DNA of 64,000 bases, taken from NCBI GenBank assembly GCA_965112735.1, contig OZ218951.1:1984001-2048000 (forward strand), in the 5' to 3' direction. Position 1 is the first letter of the stretch, and the number at the start of each line of letters is the position of its first letter. Positions 34,499 through 47,186 of this stretch are shown here, in pieces. A program made the position numbers and the translations under genes. Under the pieces are notes generated by a model, which saw nothing but the letters and a program-made list of their open reading frames with translations, was not told the origin of the DNA and did not search any database. This DNA comes from Phaeosaccion multiseriatum. Its lineage: Eukaryota > Protista > Ochrophyta, other classes.

Positions 34499-35436
34499 TC
34501 TTAAAGTGCCATCTATGGTTGTCTAAAAGTAACTCTCACCGCCCCGTCGTATCGTCGAGTATCGGCCCCGTGCACGCCTAGCGGCCTAGGCTCTAGGCCG
34601 CTAGGCCGCTCGGCCTTCGGCTGAAATAGGCCTAGGCCGGCGGCCTCCGGCCGCTCTAGGCCGCTCACTTTTCAGCCCTAGGCGGCCTATAGCCCGCCTC
34701 TAGGCAGCCTCCCAGTGACCGTGGGCGCGTGCGTGGTGCCGCCCAGCCAGTGGGTAGCAGCACACCTGTAGGCCTGCACTCCTCGTAGGGCCAGCGAGGC
34801 GGAAACAGACAACACGAACCAAGTCTACTCCTCACTTATCCCATGCAATACATTTGCTTAAAACTGACGACACTTGGGCGGGTTCCGGGCCAGCCCAGGG
34901 GCATACGAGCTTATTCCCGCCCTGGACCGGCGCCTAGTTGGCGTCTGCCCTAGGCCGCGGGCCTCCGGCCCCCGCCTAGGCCGCCTACGAGCTTATTCCC
35001 GCCCTGGACCGGCGCCTAGTTGGCGTCTGCCCAAGGCCGCGGGCCTCCGGCCCCCGCCTAGGCCGCCGCCTAGGCGGCCTATAAATAGGCCGAGGGCCTA
35101 CAGCCCTCGCTAGGCCGGGCAATTTTCCAAAATAGGCCTAGGCCGCTAGGCGTGCACGGGGCCGAGTCGTACAATGTATTCCCCCCTCGTCAGTCCTCCC
35201 CATCGGACAAAGTATAACCAGTTCTATTTTCGCGGTCCCCTTAAAGTGCCATCTATGGTTGTCTAAAAGTAACTCTCACCGCCCCGTCGTATTCCCCCCG
35301 ACTCGTCAGTCCTCCCCATCGGACAAAGTAGAACCAGTTCTATTTTCGCGGTCCCCTTAAAGTGCCATCTATGGTCGTCTAAAAGTAACGTCTCACCGCC
35401 CCGTCGTATTCCCCCGACTCGTCAGTCCTCCCCATC
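34499..35436. repeat. ~116-bp tandem repeat, ~3 copies, first copy interrupted by a MITE
   Basis: ttaaagtgccatctatgg..gtctaaaagtaac..tctcaccgccccgtcgtat at 34501, 35241 and 35357. Confidence 0.85.
34562..35165. mobile_element. MITE / non-autonomous DNA transposon (604 bp)
   Basis: Perfect 30-bp TIR tcggccccgtgcacgcctagcggcctaggc (34562-34591 / 35136-35165); many subterminal CCTAGG palindromes; internal ~82-bp direct repeat; inserted into a tandem-repeat unit; TSD ambiguous. Confidence 0.8.
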
Positions 35437-36115
35437 GATGATATAGCAGGACCCTGTGTCGAATCGATCGCTCGTGTCGGGCCCGCTGGAGCGCCACGGC
35501 CAATCGCCGCCGAAACTGAAAGGCATTTGGGTCTGGTTTGGTGATCCGATTCACAGATCACCGCGCGCGCAGCTGCTGCCTAGATGAGCGGTGCCTGCCT
35601 TTGGCCTCCACACGAGCACGACCCCCGCCTAGGACCTGGCGTTCACCTTTACCATTGTGTGTTTAGCAGGGCAGTACCCTTCTCTAAGCTACGACTACTT
35701 GCTGTGCCCGCATGCCCCACCCAGGAAGCTCTCGGCCTCGATCCATTGGGACTACACTCTCCCCCCTTCAAACGAATTGACCTTCCCTCTCCCCCTCCCC
35801 CTCAAAATCCCCCCTTTCCCTTTTCCCTAGCCTACACACTTGACTCTACACTTGCGTGACTTCCCTCACCCCCCGACCCCCTACCTCCTATTCTCCGCTC
35901 CTCTCTGCGACAGAGGATCGCCATCACTTCACCGCTCTTACGCCAAGCCAGTGTGCCGTGGGCAGTCTCTCTCTCGCATCGCATCCTGATGTACAGGCTC
36001 ACTCGCATGTGCGGCATGGCTGACTGGTGCAAGTGAGCAGCTGGAGCGGTACTCTTTCGTTGCCAAAGTCGTCGCTGCCCTACCAGCCCCCACCCCGCGC
36101 ATCCCTCCTGCTCGG

Positions 36116-37834
36116 TCAGCTCATCTCCTCCGCCATGCTCTCCCACGTCTCGCTCTGCACCCGCCCGGGCCTCTCCAGCGGCAGGATTCCGCTCTCCTTG
36201 CCGAAGGTCTTATCCGTCCTTCGCATGAGGTCCAGCGCGGTTTGGGACCGGAAGAAGGCTGCTGCTGCCTCCATAAGTCGCTGCTCGATGCCGAGGCCGA
36301 GCTGACACCGCTGTGCCCCAGCCAAGGCCTTGTCCACCGAAGCACCGGCCGAGAGGAGCTGCCGCGCAATGATGTGCTGATCACTGCAGATAGCGGCAAC
36401 CAGCGGGGAAGGGACGTCTACTCTTGAGGCATCCATGGGGGATCCCGCAGAGATGAGACGAGCGACGACGGCCTCGTGCCCATTCTGCGCGGCAAGAAAG
36501 AGGGGTGTTGCGCCGTCGGTGGCCTCTTTGTCCACACGTGCTCCCGCGCAGAGAAGCTTCTCCACCACGGTGTCGTGTCCAATTTGAGAGGCCATGTGAA
36601 GAGCAGTGAAACCTTCGAGTTCAGCCTTGTCGATGGGGGATCCCGCAGAGATGAGAAGAGCGACGACGGCCTCGCGCCCATTCTGCACGGCATGATGGAG
36701 GGGTGTTGTGCCATGGTTGGTCACTTTGTCCACCTGTGCTCCCGCAGAGAGAAGCTCCTCCACCACGGCGTCGTGTCCATGGTGAGAGGCAATGTGAAGA
36801 GCAGTGACACCTTCGGCATCAGCGTTGTCGATGGGGGATCCCGCAGAGATGAGCCGGGCGACGACGGCCTCGTGTCCATTCTGCACGGCATGGTTGAGGG
36901 GGGAATTGCCGGTGTTGGCCCATTTGTCCACCTGTGCTCCCGCACTGAGAAGCTTCTCCACCACGGCGTCGTGTCCATCGTGAGAGGCAAGGTGAAGAGG
37001 AGTGAGACCTTCGTGGTCAGCCTTGTCGATGATGGCGTGAGCCCTGATGAGCTGCTGTACAATGCCCGCATGCCCATTGACTGATGCCTGCAGAAGCGGA
37101 GTTCTGCCGAAATTATCTGCGTGGTTCACATCCGCTTGGGCTGAGATGAGGTGCCTTACAACAGAGCCATGTCCGTTCTGAGAGGCAATCCAAATCGGAG
37201 AACGCCCCTGCTTCTCCGCCAAGTCGACACTAGCACGCGCCGAGAGCAGCTGCTGCACTATCGTGGAGTGCCCCTCATCTGAGGCTGCCATCAAGGGAGT
37301 ACCTCCTGCGTCATTCGCTTCGTCGACAGGGGCTCCAATGTCCAACAGCCGCCTCACCACCTGATCGTGTCCGCTGCTGATAGCGCTTATCAGCGCCGTG
37401 TCTCCAAAGGGCCCGCCTCTGGTTCTGAAGGAGGCCCCTTCCCGCAGCAGAAGGTCCAAGACATCCAGCCGACCGTGCCTTGAAGCGCAGAGTGCAGACG
37501 AATCGCCGTCTTCGTCGATAGGCTGGTCCAAACTGGCTTTGCCGTGCTTGGCGATGAGCTTCCCAATCAGCGCTCTCACAGTGAGGAAGCTATCTCCTCT
37601 TTCCAGAGCCTGTCCGAGTCGCCGCGCCTGGGGTTGATGAGGGAAACGAGTTTAGGGGGGAGAGGCGCATAAACTGGACAAAAAGTGATCAACGGGGAGC
37701 TGCTCACTGGTCACACGTGATCTCAGCGCAAAAATAAGTTCCTCTCTCTTCTCTCTTTTTCCAAATAACACCATCTTATAGGAGGCAGGGCTCTACATCC
37801 GTACCTCGGGCGCTAAAGTTGCCTGCTGCGCCAT
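36116..37834 (-). CDS. ankyrin-repeat protein, 12 repeats, 513 aa (array copy 3)
   Basis: Exon 37834-37805 (MAQQATLAPE) + 37627-36116. Confidence 0.9.
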
Positions 37835-38002
37835 GGTGAGCAAGCGGCCCCGCCCTTGAGAGGGTTTACACCTTTGATGGCGGGGGGGAGTAGATAAAGA
37901 AAAAAGGGGGGGAAGAAGAAAAAAAAACGCGAGGCGATACCCGATACCCGAGGCCTTGATGGGTTTGGTGATCCGATTCACAGATCCCGATCCCAGGTGC
38001 AA

Positions 38003-38242
38003 TCGGCTCCAGGCTTTAGGCTTCTGGGCCGTAGCCCCCTCCAGGCTTCGGGCTTCTGGCCGCAGGCCAGTGGTCAGGCTTCAGGCTTCTCAGGCTGGGA
38101 GAAAAATGGGGGACTTGGCAGGCTTCTCGTTACTTTCTGCAGGCTTCTGGCCGCAGGCCAGCCGCAGCCAGGCTTCTTACTTTCGGCCGCAGGCCGCCGC
38201 AGGCTTCTGCTTTATCGCCCGAGAAACCTCGCCTGGAGCCGA
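38003..38242. mobile_element. MITE (240 bp) with 12-bp TIR and 6-bp TSD
   Basis: TIR tcggctccaggc / gcctggagccga; GTGCAA duplicated at 37997-38002 and 38243-38248; interior rich in caggcttc motifs; absent at paralogous sites ~20290 and ~31710. Confidence 0.8.
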
Positions 38243-38783
38243 GTGCAAGGCTGTGTTGAGTGCGGACAGACGCGACCGTGCAGCAGCTGCCTAGATGAGC
38301 GGTGCCTGCCTTTTGCCTCCACACGAGCACGACCTCCGCCTAGAGGACCTGGCGTTCACCTTTTACCATTGTGTGTTTAGCAGGGCAGTACCCTTCTCTA
38401 AGCTACGACTACTTGCTCTGCCCACATACCCCACCCAGGAAGCTCTCGGCCTCTATCCATCGGGACTACACTCTCCCCCCTTCAAACGAACTGACCTTCC
38501 CTCTCCCCCCCCCCTCAAGCTATACACTATATCCATTGGTCCCGTAAGCTGCACACTTGACTCCCCCCCCCCCCCCCCGGACCCCCTACCTCCTGTACTC
38601 CGCCCCTCTGCGACAGAAGATCGCAATCACTTCACCGCTCCTACACCAAGCCAGTGTGCCGTGGGCTGTCTCTCTCTCGCATCGCATCCTGATGTACAGG
38701 CTCACTCGCATGGGCGGTACTCTTTCGTTGCCAAAGTCGTCGCTGCCCTACCAGCCCCCACCCCGCACATCCCTCTTGCTCGC

Positions 38784-40886
38784 TCAGCCCATCTCCTCCG
38801 CCATGCTCTCCCACGTCTCGCTCTGCACCCGCCCGGGCCTCTCCAGCGGCAGGATTCCGCTCTCCTTGCCGAAGGTCTTATCCGTCCTTCGCATGAGGTC
38901 CAGCGCGGTTTGGGACCGGAAGAAAGCTGCTGCCGCCTCCATAAGTCGCTGCTCCAAGTCCCGGCCGAGCCCATTACGCCGTGCCCCAGCCAAGGCCTTG
39001 TCCACCGAAGCACCGGCTGAGAGGAGCTGCCGCACAATGCTGTGCTCATCACTGTAGATAGCGACAATCAGCGGGGAAATACGGTCTACTCTTGAGGCAT
39101 CCATGGGGGATCCCACAGAGATGAGACGGGCGACGACGGCCTCGTGCCCATTCTGCGCGGCATGATGGAGGGGTGTTGCGCCATTGTTGGCCTCTTTGTC
39201 CACACGTGCTCCCGCACAGAGAAGCTTCTCCACCACGGCGTCGTGCCCTTCCAGACAGGCAAAGTGAAGAGCAGTGAAACCATCGGGGTTAGCTTTGTCG
39301 ATGGGTGATCCCGCAGAGATGAGACGGGCGACGACGGCCTCGTGCCCATTGTTCGCGGCAACTATGAGCGGTGTTGCGCTTTTGTTGGTCACTTTGTCCA
39401 CACGCGCTCCCGCAGAGAGAAGCTCCTCCACCACGGCGTCGTGTCCATGGTGAGAGGCAAAGTGAAGAGCAGTGACACCTTCGGCGTCAGCCTTGTCGAT
39501 GGGGGATCCCGCAGAGATGAGACGAGCGACGACGGCCTCGTGCCCATTCTCCGCGGCAAGAACGAGGGGTGTTGCGCCAGTGTTGGGCCCTTTGTCCACA
39601 CGTGCTCCCGCACAGAGAAGCTTCTCCACCACGGCGTCGTGCCCTTCCTGACAGGCAAAGTGAAGAGCAGTGAAACCTTCGGGGTCAGCCTTGTCGATGG
39701 GGGATCCCGCAGAGATGAGCCGGGCGACGACGGCCTCGTGCCCATTCAGCGCGGCAAGGTTGAGGGGTGTTGCGCCATTGTTGGCCACTTTGTCCACACG
39801 TGCTCCCGCACAGAGAAGCTTCTCCACCACGGCGTCGTGCCCTTGCTGACAGGCAAAGTGAAGAGCAGTGAAACCTGTGGGGGAAGCCTTGTCGATGGGT
39901 GATCCCGCAGAGATGAGACGAGCGACGACGGCCTCGTGCCCATTATGCGCGGCAAGAAGAAGGGGTGAATTGCCGGTGGTGGTCCATTTGTCCACCTGTG
40001 CTCCCGCACTGAGAAGCTTCTCCACCACGGCGTCGTGTCCCTTGTGAGATGCAAGGTGAAGAGGAGTGAAACCTTTGGGGTCAGCCTTGTCGATGATGGC
40101 GTGAGCCCTGATGAGCTGCTGTACAATACCCGCATGCCCATTGCGTGATGCCGGCAGAAGCGGAGTTCTGCCGAAATTATCTGCGTGGTTCACATCCGCT
40201 TGGGCTGAGATGAGGAGCCTTACAACAGAGCCATGTCCGTTCTGAGAGGCCATCCAAATCGGAGAAAACCCCTGCTTGTCGGCCAAGTCCACACTAGCAC
40301 GCGCCGAGAGCAGCTGCTGCACTATCGTGGAGTGCCCCTCTCCTGAGGCTGCCATCAGGGGAGTAGTAGCTCCTGTGTCATTCGCTTGGTCCACAGGGGC
40401 TCCAATGTCCAACAGCCGCCTCACCACCTGATCGTGCCCGTTGCAGACAGCGCCTATCAACGGCGTGTCTCCAAAGGGCCCGCCTCTGGTTCTGAAGGAG
40501 GCCCCTTCCCGCAGCAGAAGGTCCACGACATCCAGCCGACCGTCTCTTGAAGCGCAGAGTGCAGACGAATCGCCCTCTTCATTGATAGGCTCATCCAAAC
40601 TCGCTTTGCCGTGCTTGGCGATGAGCTTCACAATCAGCGCTCTCACAGTGAGGAAGCTATCTCCTCTTTCCAGAGCCTGCCCGAGTCGCCGCGCCTGGGG
40701 TTGAGGGAAACGAGTTTAGGGGGGAGAGGCGCATAAACCGGACAAAAAGGGATCAACGAAGAGCTGCTCACTACTCGACACGTGAGCTTCCCAGCGCAGC
40801 TATCGTATCTTTTTAAAGGACACCACCTTATCGGAGGCAGGACGCTACATCCGTACCTCGGGCGTAAAAGTTGCCTGCTGCGCCAT
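38784..40886 (-). CDS. ankyrin-repeat protein, 16 repeats, 646 aa (array copy 4)
   Basis: Exon 40886-40857 (MAQQATFTPE) + 40694-38784. Confidence 0.9.
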
Positions 40887-41193
40887 GGTGAGCAAGCGGC
40901 CCCGCCCTTTAGAGGGTGCTGCTGACTAGGGAGCTACAGAAGGCTCTGCTTTTGCTTGTTGTGGTTGCTTTTTCTGTGGAGTCTAAAACGTTACTTAAAC
41001 TTACGTATGTGGAGTAGGGCGTATGTACAGTAGTTGGTTTGGTGATAGGGGGGTTCACAGATGCCGATGGCTGTGTTGAGTGCTGACAGACACGTCCGCG
41101 CAGCCGCTGCCTAGATGAGCGGTGCCTGTCTTTTGCCTCTTACACGAGCACAGCACCCTTCTCTCCCCCTCTCTCTTTCTGCCGTGCTCAACC

Positions 41194-42760
41194 ATGCAAA
41201 GGACCCTCAGCACTGAGGTATACAAATTTTTAAAACTCCCCCCTTGTCCCTCATTCGAACGACGCAGTAACTCGCTCGGTCCATGCGTGCCCCCCTCCTG
41301 CTCTCGCGCTGTTGCTTTTACCCCTCGTGGCAGGCCACCCGCCTGAAGGAAGCCATCACCAGTGGCCAGAGCGTCAAAAAGGTGAAAGGGGCGGTGAGAG
41401 CCCTCGTCACTGAAAACGGAGGGAGGAAGGCGTGCTTGGACGAGCCCCTCGATGAGAGAGGGTGGCTTGCCCTACCCGCAGCTATACATGAAGGGGGGGG
41501 GGGGGGGGTAAGAGGGAGCGTCGGTGAATGCTGCAAATCGTGTGTGCGGGGGTTGACTGCGTTGATGGGTACATCTACGGTAAAGGATGCTGCTGCTATT
41601 GTACCACAGCTTCTCTATGCTGGTGCGGATGTCAATGCAGTAACGATGGAGGGAAGCACGGCTCTCATGACGGCCTCCTAGGAGGGGGCCGTTGTGGTGT
41701 TGCCCAAGCTGCTCTCCGCCGGTGCCAGCTTGGACTGGGTTGACAGTGAAGGTTCCACGGCGTTGACCCTTTCGGCACAGGACGGCCATCTTGCGGTGGT
41801 GCAGTAGCTGCTCTCAGCCGGCGCGGAGGTCGATATGACAGATTCCGTAGGCTTTACGCCCTTGGTATTGGTCTCCTGTGGAGGACATCTTGCGGTGGTG
41901 CAGCAGCTGCTGTCGGCCGGCGCTGATCCCAACCACTTGGATGACAGAAATGTTTGGGGCCGCACCCCCTTGACGATGGCCACACGAAACGGACACCACA
42001 GGGTCACGCAGCTGCTCCTCATCTCCGGGGCGGAGGCGAATTTAGGAGGCCGCAGCCAGTGGGATGCGCTCTATCTTATCTTGCAAGCCAACATGGACAT
42101 GGCATTGTGGTGGATCAGCTCCTCGCAGCCGGCGCGAAACTCGAACGCCGCAATGGTGAGGAGGGAAGAAGTGCGTTGGTGGGAGCGTCTATGGAAGGGC
42201 ACAGAAGTATTGTGCGAAAGCTGCTCAGGGCGGGTGCAGAGTTGAATGCCATGGGTGGCGACGGGTGGGGGGCGATACCAGTTGGCATCTCATGGAGGTC
42301 ATGCTCGTGTCGTGGAGGAGATCATCTCAGCAGGTGCCGATGTGGAAATGCTGACTAGGGTGGGGGGTATACCTTTGTTGCTGGCTGCTGCGTTTGGTCA
42401 TGGGGCAGTGATTCATGAGCTCCTGTCTGCAGGGGCTGATCCTGACAATGAGGGCAGTGTCAGCAGCGGAACGCCCTTGTTTTGTGCAGCATTGAATGAC
42501 CACAGCGGGGCGGCGCTGGAGCTGCTCTCAGGAGAGGCCTCACTGACAAAGGCTCTGACCAAAGCGCGAGAGGATCGCGATGAAGCCCGTATTGTAGAAT
42601 TCCTCCTGACCGCCGACAGGCAGCACTTTGCGTCACAAAGCGCGCTGGACCTGATGCGGGACATTGACCCTGTCTTTGGCAAAGAAGGGAGGCTGAAGGT
42701 GTCCCAGAGAGAGAGATTGGCCCTGACGTGCTGCAGGAGGTGGTGGAGGAGATGGCATGA
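41194..42760 (+). pseudogene. ankyrin-repeat pseudogene, copy 2 (paralog of 22790-24362)
   Basis: Block 41020-43062 parallels 22614-24660; stops at 41679 and 41805 plus several frameshifts. Confidence 0.85.
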
Positions 42761-43321
42761 TGAAAGCGGCACCTCTCGCCTGCGGTGTGGCCAGGGCGTT
42801 GAGAAGGAAGGGATAGAGATGGCACTTGTCAGACTTGCAGAGGCAGTGGTGATGGGGTGGAGCAGAGGTCAGCGTGAGAGGCTGTGGGGTAGGTAGGAGG
42901 ACGAAGGAGAGAGAGACGTCCAAGGAGGTTGGTGTGAGTGTGGGTGGTAATAACGCAAGAACACAAGCTGCTTCACCACTCCTCCTCCTATCTTCTTTTC
43001 CCCTTCCCCCTTCCATCCCCAGCCCCTTCGCACCCATCACTCACTCACACAAACACGCACGCTCACTCGCACTCACTCACACGCACGCACGCACGTTACC
43101 ACGGTTTCACTTACGCCCATGTTCAACTCCTCACCTCAACGTACCAACGTACCCCTTCCGGCCATGAAACTGGCACTCTGTCATCCCGCCCCCCCCCCCC
43201 GTTCAACCGCCAATAAGGTCACGCCACGCTGCCCGAACAGAGGAAAGCGAACTGCGACGAGACGCGCAGAGTGGAGAAAGAGATACGACCGGCCAGGCGT
43301 GGCTGCGAAGCGGCGCCTCAC

Positions 43322-45651
43322 ATGACGTCCTTTAGCAAAGAGAAGAAGGGCAGGGGTAGAGTGATTCAACTGCTCCACTTTGCTCAATCAATCCTCGTCG
43401 ACGCAGCCGTCCAATGCGCGGATCAGCTGGAGCGCTGCTCGTTCCGGTTGAGCCTGCAGGACGATGTCAGCGTGCAGGGTAAGGGGTTGGTGGCTTGTGT
43501 GGGATCACTTCTTAGAGACACGTCTTGACCCAAGCAAACCTTTCTGTCCGCCTAATTATGACAGGTATTCTCCGCGATTACGTGGTTTCATGCATCCAGC
43601 TTATAGGCAAGTGCAGTATGAAGGCCGGGGGAACGGGGGGGGGGGGGGTTGCGTGAAGCAGCGGAGGGCTTTCTTGCCCATCCAAACATTGATTTTTCCC
43701 TCCTTTCTCTGGCTGCACTTCAATCCACAGACGAGGCCTGCAGACTTTTGCCCCGGGATGACAAGGAGCAGCTGTGGCTTGCTTCTGGAGTCCTGGGGCT
43801 TCCCCACGAGGTGAGACGTCGGAAGAAGGGGCAAAAGAGGGAGGGGGGGGGGGTGCTCTGGAGAACGTGAGAAGGAGGGCAGTTTTGCTACGGTTCTTAC
43901 CGTGCATGCAATGACCAATGTATGGGTTCTGCTGCTCCTACTGCTGTTGCTGCCCCAGGGGATGGCGGTGGAAGAGCCGGCGTGGGATGACGTGTTCCAT
44001 CAAGCCTACAAAGAGCACGTCGCCGCATTCTATGAAGAGCGGACTGGAGAGGAGCGCTTGTCTCCCCCCTCCCCTTCCAGTGGTGACGGCCGCCGTTACC
44101 GGCTGGGGGAGCCCCTCAAAGGCACCAAGGTGAGCCCGCTGACAGAGATGTTCGGCGTGGACGCGGAGGAGCTGACCGAGGCCCAAGTGACCAACGGCAT
44201 CACCATCGTGCATAACATTATGAGCGATCTCAAGAAGCAGGTGAGTGAGTGCGGGGGTGTGGTGCTGGTACGGGTTGCTGCCTCTGCCCCCTCTACTCGA
44301 GACCGTGTGAGTGTGTATGTGTGCGTGTGTATGTGTGTGTATGCCTCTGAGCCAATGACTTCATTCATTTCCATCTCTTCCCTTCCTTTCCCTGCGGACT
44401 GCCTGACCAAACAAACTCTCCCTCTGCGTTGCTCCTTGGTGTGCACCCACCCCACCCCTACACACACCCCGCAGCTCATGGACATCTCCGACGCCGAGCT
44501 GAAGGGCATCGGAGACGTCTCTCTCCTTGCCGGCCTCGTACTCGTGCACAGGGCAAGGCTCCTCACCTACCCCTTGTTGGGAGCGCTCACGGGCGTTGAC
44601 TTCTACGCAAGGGCCCGCAGGACCATCGAGCTCATCATGCAGCAGCAGGGCAAGGGGGTGGAAACAGTGGCCAAGAAGGGGTCGAAGCCGAGGGGGCTGC
44701 TGACTGGGGAAGATGACCGCAAGTGTCTGCCCTGGCCCGAGCTTGCTTATCTCGTTAAGGGCAAGGCGGAAGACATCTTGGACAAGGGAGACAAGACGTG
44801 AGTGACTCGTTGGAATGGTAGGGTGGATAGATTGAGTACTGTCCTGTGCTTCCCACTAAGCTTGTAAGTGACCCTGCCCTCCTCCGCCTCGCCCCCTCCC
44901 CCCTACCCTCTACTCTGCTGCGCTCGTCACTGTCACTCTCTCTCTCTCCCTCCCTCTCCCTCTCTCTCTATCTCTCTCTCACACACACACACTCTGTCTC
45001 TCCCTCTCCCTGCAGCTTCCTGGAGTACATCGCCACGCTGTCGTGGGGCCTGCCCGCCACCGGCTTGATGCTGTGGGCAAGCTCTGGCGCCATGGTTTTG
45101 GACACCATGGCTCGAGTGCTCGTGGACACGGGCGTCGGACAAGGGGTGAGTGAGGGCATATGGGCATGTCGCTTGTCCTTCAATCAATCAATCAATCAGT
45201 CAGTCAGTCACTCAGTAGTTACTTTGCTTGCTTTGCCCGTCCTGTGGACAAGCAAGCTCGCTGAGAAACCAAGCACTCTCTCTCTCTCTCTCTCTCCCCC
45301 CCTCTCCTCCCGCTGCCGCTCCATTACTTCATTCTCTTCTCTCCGCTCTCCCCTACCGAGCAGGTGACGGCAGGGGTCGAAGATATCGCCATCCTCGCAC
45401 AGCTCGGGGTCATCTTCACCAAGGTCAGCCTCACGCATGCTGCCAAGTTCTCGTGCCGAGAGTTCGACCGAATGGGCGGCTGGGGTGGTTGCGGCAAGCT
45501 CAGCGTGGGCTTTGTGGCAGGTGTGGTCAAGGATCCCAAGGGGGCGGCCGTGGCGTGTGTGGACACCGTCAAGATGGCAGGAGGGGCGGTGGGGGCGGCG
45601 ATTCGCTGGACAGGTCAGCTTTTTCACTGTCTTAAGGCCAAGCGGGACTAA
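43322..45651 (+). CDS. hypothetical protein, ~433 aa, ~7 exons
   Basis: Phase-compatible exons 43322-43478, 43565-43606 (GC donor), 43731-43810, 43959-44240, 44475-44797, 45016-45145, 45364-45651; no domain recognised; both termini uncertain. Confidence 0.6.
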
Positions 45652-45680
45652 AGTTGTCGTCACGCACACACTCACACAAG

Positions 45681-45719
<39 letters not shown>

Positions 45720-46943
45720 TACATACATACATACAACACACTCATTGACTTGGTGGGTGGGTGGTGGTGTTACTGTGTGGAGGAGGTGGTCTGTGGATTG
45801 AGGGTCAAGGCTTTAAACGGCAGGCGAGAAAGAGGAGGGGGGGGGTGGTAAAGGAGGAGGGGAGGAGAAGCGTGGCGCCTGTGCGAGGTATGTAAGACTT
45901 GCACACACCATGCGATGTGTCTTCATTGGAGAATAGAGTGTATATAGACAGCTGGACAGCCGGACAGCTGGACACAACATGGGTGTGGGCTGACTCGGGG
46001 CTTCTTGTCCAACGTAACGTGGGGAGCTGTGCGCAACACCCAACAGGTGAGCGGCACAGCACTAAGAATAAGAACAAGAACAAAATGACATATGGAGGGG
46101 AGGCGGGATGGAGGCTTGTAACGCTCTCAACGCCTTGACGGAGGGGGATGAGGAGGAGCAGGAGCAGGAGGAGGAGGAGGAAGGGGGAAGGGGGCCGGGG
46201 AAAGAATGACCAAGACATAGAGTAGAGCAACGAGTCGAAGGATCGATCGACGGGGGGGTCGCTGAGCAAGTGCAAAAACAAATAGGTCAAGAACAGTACA
46301 AGACCGATCGCTTGCACTCTACATACGTGTTCTTATGTATGTGTGTGTGTATGTATGTAAGGTACGGCATGTGTACGGGAGGGAGGGGTGAAGGGCAGGC
46401 AGCGCGGGCTAAGCAGCACCGCAGAATGGGTACTACACCCCGACCTTTCCTTGTGCGTGCGTCTCTTCCTTGTTATGCATAATATATTATATATGTATAC
46501 ATCACGCTTATTCGTACGTTCGGGGCGTGGACTTGCCTCCTGCTGTCGCCGCGGTGCATCGCCCTCTATGGTTTCCTTGTCCTCCTGGCTTGTTTGGGGG
46601 GACGGGGGGGGGGGAGGGCACTGGAATACGCAAGGAATGAGGCCCTCTACTCACTTACTCAATTACTTCGTGCACTATTTAGCACAATCGAACTGCGACC
46701 TGCGCTTTCCGCTAGACTGTACGCGTTTGACTTGTCTGCACACACTCAGACAGACACGCCTTTGTTACCTTCTCTTCAGCTTCCCTCCTCGCTGCTGCAC
46801 CAAGCTGAAGCGAAGAGCAAGGCTTGCCCTTCCCGGCAGGAGGGCAGGACACGCGCTCATCCATCTGCTTCCACTCTACAAAGTAATGATCTCCCCCACA
46901 TTTCTTCGTCCGTAGCACCACAAGGGGCACCCTGCAGATACAG

Positions 46944-46999
<56 letters not shown>

Positions 47000-47186
47000 G
47001 GTCCCTCTCAGAGAGTCACACAGTAGACCGTTCCAACGCAGTAACGGTGCCCCCGCCCCTCCTTTTGTCTGCCCAGCCTACCCAGCAGCAGCCCCACTAC
47101 GTCTCTCTGATCCGATTTCTGACTGCTGCCTCCTCACTCAGCGCATGCCCTCACTCTCCCGTCGAGCTGCTCGAGGACTCAACTGA

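Noticed and set aside
34499-35436. CRISPR-like repeat appearance
   Set aside because: Units are ~116-bp contiguous repeats with no unique spacers; no cas genes; eukaryotic context.
43902-43958. Apparent signal peptide MTNVWVLLLLLLLLPQ
   Set aside because: Better explained as the intron 3' end (ccccag acceptor), because in-phase upstream exons exist.
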